Below, piece after piece: positions 41,201 through 48,300 of a stretch of 64,000 nucleotides of DNA. The notes beneath the pieces are model-generated. The model worked only from the letters and a program-made list of their open reading frames with translations, ran no database searches and was not told the DNA's origin. The DNA lies in assembly GCA_964434475.1 (NCBI GenBank), contig CAYSVS010000001.1, positions 22,820 through 86,819 of the forward strand, written 5' to 3'. Positions within the stretch are counted from its first letter, which is position 1, and each line of letters begins with the position of its first letter. Position numbers and translations under genes: made by a program. This DNA is from an uncultured Methanosarcinales archaeon (GTDB lineage Archaea; Nanobdellota; Nanobdellia; Woesearchaeales; CAYSVS01).

Positions 41201-44200
41201 GTTGCAAATGCTACTAAATATAATATTTCTGTTATTAGCATGAGTTTAGGAGGAGGAAAGTATAATTCTTATTGCGACAGCGATCCAAGAACTAGTATAA
41301 TCAATACTGCAGTTGGTCAAGGAATAATGGTTGTGGCTGCAAGTGGAAATGATGGATATCATGATGGAATAAGTGCTCCTGCTTGTGTGCAGAATGCGAC
41401 TGCTGTAGGTTCAACAACAAAAGCTGATGCAATATCTTCATTTAGTAATGTTGGTATGCCTTTGGATATATATGCGCCTGGGTCAAGTATTACTTCAACA
41501 AAGTATCCTGGTGGCGGTTTTACAAGTAAATCAGGAACATCTATGGCAACACCGCATGTTGCTGGAGCTGCTGCATTGTTGCATCAATACTACAGGGAGA
41601 GTGAAGGAATTAATATTACTCCTCAAGAGATTGAAGATAAATTTAAGATTACTGGTGTAGATGTATACGATGCAACAAGCGGAATAACAAGGAAAAGGAT
41701 AGATGTGCTTGAAGCTGTCCAAGACAGCAAGGGAGATGTTTCTATGACTCCTGGAGCAACACCGTTCTATTCTTTGACGCAGAATCCTGTATATAGTGCA
41801 AATTTAAGTTGTTTGACTGAACTTAAAGCAGGTGAAAGCTGCAATCAATCATGGACTATAAATGCAACAGGCACAAGAGGACAAACTTATGTGTTCTTTA
41901 CAAGATACAAGCACGACAACGAGGTAAACATAACGCCTAAGTTTAATATAACTATTTTGAACAATGCACCTGTATTGGCAATTCCTGAAAAGGTAATTGC
42001 TGAAGATAGTTATTCTGAGTTTGATGCAGTTCAATATACTACAGATACTGATGATGAGAATTTTACATATTCTATACTGACTGAAAATGTCAGTGAAGTG
42101 GATTGTGGTATTAATAATGATAATATTACTTTAATGCCTGCAGCAAATTGGAGCGGACAAGCAAGCTGTACAGTTAAAGTAACTGATGAGTTTGGCGGAT
42201 ATTCAAACGATACGTTTTTGATCAATGTAACTCCTGTAAATGATGCTCCTTATATTGCAAATGCAATCGATGACATGAGCATGGATGAAGATTCAGTTAA
42301 TTCAAGTGTAGTTGATCTGACAAATGTATTTGATGATGTAGATAATGTAAGTTTAGTTTATAGCTTTGCAACCGATAATGGAAATGTTGGTGCAGATCAG
42401 AATGGCAATTATTTGAGGTTGACTGCTTCAGGCAATTATAGTGGTGTTGTTACAGTAACTGTAAATGCGAGCGATGGCGAGTATAGCGTTACGGATGAGT
42501 TTAATATTACTGTTGTTGCTGTTAATGATGCTCCTTATGTTGCGAATGCAATCTCTGATATGGCTTTGGCAGAAGATACTATTAATAATAGTGCTGCTAA
42601 CTTAACCTTAGTTTTTGGTGACGTCGATAATGCGACTTTGGTTTATAGCTTTGCAGATAATGAAACAGATGTTGTTGCAGATCAAAACAATGATCAATTG
42701 AGATTGACTGCTTCAAATAATTTTACTGGAGATGTTGAAGTTAATGTAACTGCATCAGACGGTGAGTATAGCGTAACAGACACTTTTGTTTTAACAGTTA
42801 CTCCTGTCAATGATGCTCCTTATATTGCGAATCCTATAGATGACATGAGTATGGATGAAGATTCAGTTAATTCAAGTGTTGTTGATTTGACAACTGTATT
42901 TGATGATGTTGATAATGTAAGTTTAGTATATAATTTTGCAACCGATAATGGAAATGTTGGTGCAGATCAAAATGGCAATTATTTGAGGTTGACTGCTTCA
43001 GGCAATTATAGTGGTGTTGTTTTAGTTAATGTTACTGCATCTGATGGCCAATATACCGTGATAGATAAATTTAATGTTACTATTGTTGCTGTCAATGATG
43101 CTCCTTATGTTGCAAGCAATGTTCCTGATGTAACTTTTGCAGAAGATACATATAACGATACTCTTGACTTAGATAATTATTTCAATGATATTGATGATAT
43201 AAATTTGATATATAATTATACGTCTTCTGATACTGATGTTTCAGTTGAGTTCAATAGTGGAATGATCAATATAACTGCAGCAGCAAATTGGAATGGTGTT
43301 GTTACTTTGAATTTCTCTGCTTATGATGGGGAATACTATGTATATGATGATATCAATGTTACAATAACTCCTGTAGATGATGTACCTCAAATAGATGTTG
43401 TGTATCCAAACGGAGGAAATACTTTGTTTGGTGCAGGAAACAACATACGTGCTGATGTTACTGATGTTGATGGAGATGTGCAGTATGTAACATTCTATAA
43501 CTCTAATAATTCTGGAGTAAACTGGTATATTATAGACAATGGCACAACAAGCAATAATGTAACTTATTCATATAGCTGGAACGTATCAAGCTTAGCAAAC
43601 ATCACAACATATAGAATAAATGCGACAGTATATGACGGAACAAGTTTAGTAAGCGATGCTTCTGATGCTGACTTTGAGGTTAATAATAGTATTTTTGAAA
43701 TAAACCCTATATCTAATCTGACTATAAGTTTGGATGAGAATAATTCAGTTGTATTGGATTGGAACCCTTCAAATTCAAGTATTCAAGAATATAGGATATT
43801 TGTTTCTACAGATCCGGAGAGCTTTGATTTTAATGATGTTTATGATACGACTGCTTCTTCCTCCACAATGTGGGTTGATACAAACGCAATAAACTATACA
43901 AAAAGGTATTATGTTGTAAGAGCTGCTTCAGGAAGTCTTGATGATAAGAATAATATGACTGTAGGTAAATATGAGAAAACTTTCAGCAGCGGATGGCAAA
44001 TGGTGTCATTCCCTCTTAATATGAGCAATTGGCAGCTGCCTAGATGGAACACTGAGGATACATTGGAGAATCCAGTCAATGTTGAGCCAGAAGATTCTAT
44101 AAAGTGGATAAACGACAGATATGGAAATAATGCTCAGAGGATAATAGAGAATGCAACCAAGAAATATTGGTCAGACGGAGGAGGACTAAGTAACCTTAAT

Positions 44201-44566
44201 CCTGTACAAGGTTACTGGATGCAGTTCAACCAAAGCGCTACGATGACCTTTATAGGTGAAGTGAATTCTGTAAACTACAGCAGGTCTTTCAACAGCGGAT
44301 GGGATATGATAGGAGTATTCAGTGTCAAGTCAGCTAGTTTGCCTAGATGGAACACAGGGGATACTGTTACAAACCCTGTTGTTGTAAATCCTTCTGATAG
44401 TCAGCAATGGATTAATGATAGATACGGCAACAACGCACAATGGATAATAGAGAATGCAACCAAGAAATACTGGTCAGATGGCGGAGGATTGTCAACAATA
44501 ACTCCGGGTAACGCTTATTGGATGCAGGCTAATCAAAGTTATAGTTTTTACTATTATCCTGGTTAA
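29288..44566 (+). CDS. Giant secreted, heavily N-glycosylatable multidomain surface protein (5092 aa)
   Basis: Single uninterrupted 15.3 kb ORF with an apparent TTG start 9 nt after an AGAGGGAG SD-like motif. Signal peptide (RGKRGFSRVRLLLLVFVILAMSSYA). N-x-S/T sequons are extremely dense. Domains recognised by eye: Cys-rich modules, DUF11-like beta-sandwich repeats, a parallel beta-helix, 2x PPC domains, an internal I9 propeptide plus S8 subtilase, 5x ~96-aa VNDAP repeats and two C-terminal ~100-aa repeats. Confidence 0.85.
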   Translation: MRGKRGFSRVRLLLLVFVILAMSSYALPSFISIWDDTDLGKVMYPYNMTYFYANYTNSTGDVITGMTPVCNITIINTEGPGIAGPIPMQYNAVSFLYEYNNTFDDEGLMFGPGIHDWNVSCAYDLYDYNSSSDTVNISGDMDEIFIEKYALNGTVYEDEIVTFILNVTNFGMENYTDLFLVDEFNISYLNFSASTTYPVNIIPEVNYTSGEVEWMLNLSVGHSFVALVNFTALQTGNTTNYVYVKNDTEYFGGDFEEIEILWEEELCNLDFSNVSCISREPWCSWNEDYWNPFTQEDGYCMPNCSLLTVEDCQDYPYECNWNGSSCNDLDCYSIGIESECGQYDQCYWDFEESDCDPNCTYFNYDNPEFNESSDNIFENASIWCMKADCDWNGSYCIEDEEEINISVNKILLDSNIYPGDTVQFMINITNVGDSGLVNIWGYDDYNDTFMNFTGISCGYMAHGSRWVQINFTQCVGGGLPPGESVAAYINFTALESGSTFNNVSVNATDFDMNNILESDQIDFGILGGEEGSEAPCNIENETQCFMRSECIWDDMMHNPLTDSNGYCQTNCSLLTVEDCQDYPYECNWNGSSCNDLDCYSIGIESECGQYDQCYWDFEESDCDPNCTYFNYDNPEFNESSDNIFENASIWCMKADCDWNGSYCIEDEEEINISVNKILLDSNIYPGDTVQFMINITNVGDSGLVNIWGYDDYNDTFMNFTGISCGYMAHGSRWVQINFTQCVGGGLPPGESVAAYINFTALESGSTFNNVSVNATDFDMNNILESDQIDFAILGGEEDEDNVTINKTVITPSVEDGSIASFMITVNNNEPYNITNYEVYDFFNTSMINYTAASYTPEDINYTMGRVIWVINNLENYSSFSFNVNFSTFIEGNTTNYVVLKNSTGNHVADDNASLEITLFEEEDEGMYDFGDAPDSCNHFGTDMETDPSMFTSDIIANYPTVHNITLKDNCGKTYGPCHDNYFLTLGSNITLEQEADKGTDEDAPDNNIQPSINQSDFDSIGTSFGMDDGLDAAGIDSTSLNQFNWSHCENVTIPVNITVIGGPYASDWNATLNIWIDYSRNGQWGSPGGTEDYVMCGMDSISEWVVQNEVVAQLSGGGFGPGSFLHNVTFMALSNFSNYTWMRLQVTPTEVDIIDYADGSGPAVCYEDGETEDYYVKIMPLEEEEEEFEENVTIEKTALYSEVENGSIATFMINVTNYNDFNITDYVIYDFFNTSMLNYTAASYTQEDVNYTEGRVVWVINNLPAYESFEFSVNFTTLMIGNTTNEVILKNSTGDYVDEDEASLDIIMAAEMPVFNFNGTVYDDMGNTLSGANVSVDVWNNTEEPIRISVESTLTDGSGEFNIALPEYDLVDNYIYKTKVYFDNGTHIFVSKAPMSLLKSQLVGVSPAQFHMTEGTKLNISLMEIPGESRCFMDTLKDGLTGVRVGGIEGTVGDENENTSINFSIIYVPTGRDYSLRLQPCAADPFSRDISASELNPNTVTNLQYNYSQSFTFVSGYVNGDNFDTFHINNFAFEADAMIKILGPNPSNSASESTGNGLNTNDTYDASTGFFNISLPGKVSPGANVFLFFVAENSSGRYAAFRNYTINYNQPTFDIGIIDLYKMQGYAADRQIKYSYRESNGNITQKQTNITEVNISLVDESGLPVTDTLFIEASFEYDTSELTDFFIPVEIPGYDYQGERIFYNGKFTVPVLEGGNIKIKVYSPKYSIKEYDISSEEIAALNPGDSIELNLTNYTSGDIAGSLSTDDIFIEFLEDSPECSKPDYDADACARIPRQTLTDFNYIDSALGLSEANIVVGRNSTGLSVMYVEADLFTSGALEALFDSDAVASGSGDSLEEAWRFGSMGPDIYEHILISMPYNDTFNESELGFNLDYLYDDNWNIIWNVSANGTNVNIDDYLDYSSDYFEGIECTDVNKSAKCYINTSLNMAWIRVPHFSGVGPVFGILDEGEDIENATITKTAVLSQVDNGSIAQFIINITNTGTANITNAELGDEYNISYMNFTGYSTLDLGISLPNVMGNRVEWDVNISVGESVSLIVNFTTYAVGNTTNEVEFEKNETYDFDSDEANLEILVGVPHFIENASLTKTALNSPVDVGSIAQFMINVTNTGNVNLTGYELTDRFNISYMNFTWASQPPNDVRFSEGEVEWVLNVSVGESEIIHVNFTTYKTGTTFNEVDFENSTGFGITESNVGIEIIEPASDVLLVNTTGYINQTGYFILNLTNPIQAAIDSANIGDLINISEGVYLANIRVDKKIEIHGVNKTGTIISAASSGTDIFYVQEDKVNISQMTLTRANTGSVAGIHLHNASRCVVENVFSFNNSYGVLITGTSDHHICNENIIKNNNLSLNIIRNIGIGYSNGYCDDNEIIDNHISFSIQDGIAVSNSANTIIRDNKIYNNTNSGGYAISLSSTTNTSIYDNEILNNYYGMRITNPYVGNQYHNYIYENILTDNRINFYILHKDNIIFNNTIVSFADWGSSNYGFWMDLDAANNTIYNNIINISGVTSLFSVVKPNNWNTTSSADTNIIGKSAFGGNFWANESGGFSVTCSDNDFDGYCDANYVLDTGNIDYFPLAAEMGQNPTVFIENATLTKTVLNSTVANGSIAQFMINVTNTGNVNLTGYELTDRFNISYMNFTWASQPPHDVRFSEGEVEWMFNLSVGSTKVIFVNFTTYKVGNTTNGVDLVNSSDDDIAYDDADLVITLPLVPSNITTVGLGSPCLNHNDYFEGAATSPFEGPVNPDLNKMPDYFSADGDVVYMLANFTYNATHGNCSNMTVTADFSLAGGESNIPADLFSFTNTSESYYCIFNASGTVNMSNDVSLDGMLIAPVNVSFTATDGINNVTGKGRNAVIVNTTYAPSCGVNQPDNCTIADLGGFTGDSTDFIDLAHNGNFFDFDNLTFDIPGHSKIVFTDNVSIPRPSAMQGLMDFAVDNMLINGTIGVNDSKYDGSYDDKPNLTGIHAELTFYNITGLYGINTPQVIKQAFGGGAVQQVYVSGQFSFDPGTGNLILPITSFSQYTVQEAPEELIENATITKTLLNGPLTVGDTAVFMINVTNTGTVNFTEFEIRDSWNSSHINYTASASPDYCVFDEVNYTDSEAFWLLNLSVGDSALLYVNFTTLATGNTTNEIDIENSTGGDMAYDDEDIEITSGQQPINVTLIYPTNGLILNESSFNLNYSVNIESNCTLYINNSGNWTPYESNVHLGNWSVDMNLVDGNYMWNVYCFDVNNISNNAWAETSNFTFVVNAYSRDFYEIDDNYTLANWITTDNVPQHHTFNPVNDSDWFKFNTTAHNEYTIETYNLSGGADTMLLLYDSDGQTYLTYDDDSGPGYGSILRFKEEENKTYYVLVDDYWSSGNSYNNATYSVKVNSSAISNVGSYDSYEYDDYAWQANVLVPNGTAQSHNFYPAGDEDWVEINMSAGASYVIETGNLANGADTYMFLYGPNGNLFAYNDDVDSGIIISSKIEWTANESGLHYLKVRDYDTGASGGTYDISATYGPSINNMLCHNGTGWTSCSNILYGTNFSSVKANCTYPAGIKNVTFSLLNVDDNNYFFTEEQYTSNTTDFYEYDMGDIDVDDSGEWNIIVECTASDGTSTNYTESWGIEWGKLSTYLIEPTDSINMLKYNLTNISTGVTCTGGECQDITATLDPKPVYVDPVVESLVQESEQYSLFVDQNKKQSKVDKIESDAVISKQKNTYAPEEKSVEEMLDEQGEVPVIVVLKDEDIETVESKGQLSSLDIKGQSWENKKEMIKQQQDKVLSTLSTEDKKTKFLFWTIKSEEKEFNLKRKYGLTNAFSGKVTKSAYEKLKNNPDVKSVHYDKIEKILLHESVPLIEADEVWNLQYNGNNITGSGETVCVIDTGVDYNHADLGGCFGAGCKVLGGYDFYNDDANPMDDHNDIVTGQGHGTHCAGIVASTNSVYTGVAPGANIIAMKACDSGGSCSSSDILSGIEWCVANATKYNISVISMSLGGGKYNSYCDSDPRTSIINTAVGQGIMVVAASGNDGYHDGISAPACVQNATAVGSTTKADAISSFSNVGMPLDIYAPGSSITSTKYPGGGFTSKSGTSMATPHVAGAAALLHQYYRESEGINITPQEIEDKFKITGVDVYDATSGITRKRIDVLEAVQDSKGDVSMTPGATPFYSLTQNPVYSANLSCLTELKAGESCNQSWTINATGTRGQTYVFFTRYKHDNEVNITPKFNITILNNAPVLAIPEKVIAEDSYSEFDAVQYTTDTDDENFTYSILTENVSEVDCGINNDNITLMPAANWSGQASCTVKVTDEFGGYSNDTFLINVTPVNDAPYIANAIDDMSMDEDSVNSSVVDLTNVFDDVDNVSLVYSFATDNGNVGADQNGNYLRLTASGNYSGVVTVTVNASDGEYSVTDEFNITVVAVNDAPYVANAISDMALAEDTINNSAANLTLVFGDVDNATLVYSFADNETDVVADQNNDQLRLTASNNFTGDVEVNVTASDGEYSVTDTFVLTVTPVNDAPYIANPIDDMSMDEDSVNSSVVDLTTVFDDVDNVSLVYNFATDNGNVGADQNGNYLRLTASGNYSGVVLVNVTASDGQYTVIDKFNVTIVAVNDAPYVASNVPDVTFAEDTYNDTLDLDNYFNDIDDINLIYNYTSSDTDVSVEFNSGMINITAAANWNGVVTLNFSAYDGEYYVYDDINVTITPVDDVPQIDVVYPNGGNTLFGAGNNIRADVTDVDGDVQYVTFYNSNNSGVNWYIIDNGTTSNNVTYSYSWNVSSLANITTYRINATVYDGTSLVSDASDADFEVNNSIFEINPISNLTISLDENNSVVLDWNPSNSSIQEYRIFVSTDPESFDFNDVYDTTASSSTMWVDTNAINYTKRYYVVRAASGSLDDKNNMTVGKYEKTFSSGWQMVSFPLNMSNWQLPRWNTEDTLENPVNVEPEDSIKWINDRYGNNAQRIIENATKKYWSDGGGLSNLNPVQGYWMQFNQSATMTFIGEVNSVNYSRSFNSGWDMIGVFSVKSASLPRWNTGDTVTNPVVVNPSDSQQWINDRYGNNAQWIIENATKKYWSDGGGLSTITPGNAYWMQANQSYSFYYYPG
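30186..31657 (+). repeat. Exact internal tandem duplication (~670 identical nt at 801-bp offset) within the giant gene
   Basis: Protein segment NCSLLTVEDCQDYPYECNWNG...ESDQIDF occurs twice with 100% identity. Antisense ORFs 30401..30673 and 31202..31474 in the track are identical 90-mers. The N-terminal ~40 aa of each unit are diverged. Confidence 0.7.
40290..41700 (+). other. Internal I9-type propeptide plus S8 subtilisin-like serine protease domain embedded in the giant protein
   Basis: Catalytic triad in subtilase order: VCVIDTGVDYNHADLGG (Asp codon 40916..40918), GQGHGTHCAGIVAS (His codon 41054..41056), SGTSMATPHVAGAAALL (Ser codon 41540..41542). It is preceded by an I9-like segment (PVIVVLKD...KSVHYDKIEKILLHESVPLIEADEVW). 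Confidence 0.7.
42226..43400 (+). repeat. Five tandem ~96-aa (288-nt) VNDAP-motif repeats (cadherin-like / tandem-95-type) in the giant protein
   Basis: Units begin VTPVNDAPYIANAIDDM, VVAVNDAPYVANAISDM, VTPVNDAPYIANPIDDM, VVAVNDAPYVASNVPDV, ITPVDDVPQIDV at ~288-nt spacing. Confidence 0.6.
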
Positions 44567-44571
44567 GGAAG

Positions 44572-45219
44572 ATGAGAATAAGATCTATTTTTTGTTTGAT
44601 ATTAATTTTTTTTATTTCTGTACTGCCTTGTTTAGCTGAACCTTTGGGTGTTTTTGGATATGTTAAGGATATAGAGGGCAATCCTGTTGGCTGTATAGAT
44701 ATGGCTTTCACTGATCTGTCTGAAGATTATACAGGTCATCCTATATCTGGAAAAACTAATTGCGGCGGAATGTATGTTGGAAAATACGCAGTATTTTTTT
44801 ATGAGATAGATGGAGCCAAGGGAAATGATGTGATAGAGATAAAGTTAGATTATGCAGGCAACATCTTCATAGAAAAATTTAATCTTGACGGAAATGAACA
44901 CAATATTACTCTGGATCTTGTTGGTGTTGTTAAAGAATCTGATGGTGAGATTGTTGATTTGATTCCTGTTCCTGCACTTTTTTTGGATGATAAAGATATT
45001 TTACAGGATAAAGATGAAAAAGAATCTATGAAAAAAAATATAAAAGATGCTGTTATTTCAGTTACTGAAAATAAGACAGATAATAATTTAGAAATATCTA
45101 ATAATTATGAAAATATAAATAAAGAACAAGATGTAGGTTATTGTTTAAATATAAAATATTTTATTTTGTTTGGATTTATTTTTTTGATATTATTTTTTTC
45201 TTATAGAAAATTATCTTAG
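44572..45219 (+). CDS. Small secreted protein with C-terminal TM anchor (carboxypeptidase-regulatory-like beta-sandwich motif)
   Basis: Signal peptide MRIRSIFCLILIFFISVLPCLA, GYVKDIEGNPVGCIDMAF (CarboxypepD_reg-like), and a C-terminal hydrophobic YFILFGFIFLILFFSYRKLS. AAGGAAG SD before the ATG. Confidence 0.5.
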   Translation: MRIRSIFCLILIFFISVLPCLAEPLGVFGYVKDIEGNPVGCIDMAFTDLSEDYTGHPISGKTNCGGMYVGKYAVFFYEIDGAKGNDVIEIKLDYAGNIFIEKFNLDGNEHNITLDLVGVVKESDGEIVDLIPVPALFLDDKDILQDKDEKESMKKNIKDAVISVTENKTDNNLEISNNYENINKEQDVGYCLNIKYFILFGFIFLILFFSYRKLS

Positions 45220-45343
45220 TTACTTATATCGGGCTGATATATTATCGATAAAAAGACATACAACAAATAACAACATTTATAAATGGTACGCGATTTAATC
45301 TTTATTTAATAATGTTAAAACATTATAAAGGGAGGGTTTGAAT

Positions 45344-48300
45344 ATGAGGAAAGCAATATTATTATTTACTATGTTAATTTTAAGTTCTGTTTTAGTTTCA
45401 GCAGTACCTATCAACTATGATGGATATGTCAAAAGTCCGATAGGAATAGGAATACCGACAATGAATGTTTCTGTATATAATACTGCTGCAGGATATTCTG
45501 GTACAAGACAGCAATGGAAAGTTACAAGTGCGAATCCTGCATCATTAGGTAGATTTACTGGTTCGTATATGACCGATGATGGTGCAACAAATGCAGATAT
45601 TATAAGAATTTATTCATATAATGAATCTAATCTTGCTTTGGGTTATGCTTTCCTTTTAACAAACTTAGCTAATGTGACTTCATCAAATCATGGAAATCTT
45701 ACAATAAACAGATCCTTTTACCCTCTATTCACTAATGTAGCTTCTCCTCAGAATGATACAGAATATGCGACACAAAATATAAATTTTACATTTACAGTAC
45801 AAGACGATGTTACAGAAGATTTTGAAGAAGATATGTCTTGCGCATTTTATCTTGGTTATGGTACTTCTCCTTCCTTAAACACAACAAATACGACTGTTGA
45901 TTCTGGCGATACTGTGACTTTTGTAAAAACAGCCCTTTTGGATGGAGGATACAATTGGTATATTAACTGTACTAACAATAGATCTGTATCAAATGTAACT
46001 TCAGTCTATGAGTTTGATATAGATACAAAAGCGCCAAGATATGACCAGATACAGGTAAGTGGTTCAATCGTAAATATTTCCGACAACGTAAATATCTGGG
46101 CAAATTGGACAGATACATTCCTCGATTCAGCAGTATTGATAGTTAATGATACAGATAATGAGACTAAGGATATTTCTATGTCAGATATGAATTGGAACCT
46201 GACAAATTTTACATTTACACCTGCTTCAAGCTTTGTCAAACAAAACATTACTTTCAATATAAGGGCAAATGATACTTTAGGTAATTTAAATACTACAACA
46301 AACGCTTATGTCTATTTTAGAGATGATGTTAAGCCTGATGTTGTTCTCATAAATCCTGCAAATCAAAGCTCTAAATCAAGCACGAGTATAACTTTCAACT
46401 ATAGCTATTCAGATAATGTCGCAGGTAATCTAAATTGCTCCTTATACTTAGATATGGGATATAATGAATCTCAAACAGTTGCTGCAACTACTACAATGCA
46501 ATATGGTGCATTTGCAAAAACAGTAGAAGATAATGACGATCACGAATGGTATGTTGTCTGTGTTGATAGTGATGGAAATTCGAATATAACACCAACCAAT
46601 GAATTCACTGTTGACAGCAGCGCTCCTATAGTGAATCTAAACGAGACACAATCATCAACTGTTAACCAAGGTGATAAAATCCATTACTGGGCAAACTGGA
46701 CATATGGAATAAATCAGATTGATGTTGCAATTTTATATGTTAATGGTCAAATGGCGAATATGACCTATTCAGTAGGTTCAAATAATTTAGTCAATCTATC
46801 ATATACAACTAATAATAACCAGGCAGGTTCAACCTTATCATTGTATATGTGGGTGAATGATACTGCTGGATTAGAAGCAAATTCAGGAATCATCACTGTT
46901 GGCGTTAATGACACTATTGCGCCGAGTGTTGTTCCAAATCTACCTATAGATAATTACAATACTTCTTCATTGACAATGAATTGGTCAGCGATAGTTACAG
47001 ACAACAATGTCGCGCCCAATATTAGTTGTAATATAAGTGTAGCAGGAAATATTAATCATATAGGTTCAGGTTTTACAAACGGTTCGATTGTATCCACAGG
47101 TGATCAAACTGTTCCGACAGGAGTTAATCTTTGGAACTTTACATGCTGGGATCAAGCAGGCAATACTGCAACATCAGCTACAAGAACATTGAATGTTGAT
47201 AGACAAGCGTCGCTTGTATTTGCTCAAGGTTATAATGATTCAACAGTTGGATTAACTAAATCTATATTGGTTTATGCGAATGTAACTGATAATTTTTTAG
47301 GTATAAAGAACGTAAGCATAAAATATGGTTCAAATGCACCTGTTGCGATGACTCCAACAGGAGATACTTATAGCGTTGCAACAACTGCTGGTGCTTTGGG
47401 TATAAGTACAACAGACAACCATTCTGTTACAATAATAGCATATGATACTGTTAATAATGTAAATAATACAGAAGTTATCTATATCGATGTTGATGCAAGC
47501 ATGCCTATAGTACATACAGTTTTAGCAAATGAAACTTATGTAAAAAGCACAGACCTTATCAATTTTTCAGCATTTGTCAATGATACGTCTTTGGTAAGCG
47601 TCACCTTGAACGGAACAAATATGACTGGTGATATGGTAAACGGTGGAATATTTTATACGATAAACTCAACATCTGATTTCGGATGTGAAGATATTGAAGG
47701 AACATGCACATTCTTTGTTTCAGCATCAGATACAGTAGGAAATGTAAATGATACAGAGAGTGTTACTGTAACTGTTGATGATATAGCACCAAGAGTTACA
47801 AGTTTTTCAGTTGTTGATGCTGATAATATGGTTATGAACACCACTTCAGTAGTTGTAAGAGCCAACATAACAGATGCAAGTGTTGCTAGTGTTACAGTAA
47901 ACGGAACAGCGATGAGCCAATCAGGAGATTATTATCAAGTTACAACGACTATGGCGGCTTTAGGCTGCGCTCCAGACGGAGAATGTACTCTAGGCATCAC
48001 GGCAACTGATGCAGCTGGAAACATTAATTCAACAGAAACTACTACTATAACAGTTGATACAACAGCTCCAACAATGAATTTAACATATCCAGGAAATAAT
48101 ACTTGGAGAAAGGTGACAACACCAAAATTGAATTACTCATTTGTTGATGCATATAGTGATAATGCAAGCTGTACTTTATCCATAAACTCAGTAGATTTCA
48201 CTAGTACAGTTAACAATGATACTCAAAAACAAGTATATGTAACAGGTGCTAGCTTATCAAGCGGTTCAACATATACTTGGACAGTGGCTTGTACAGATTT

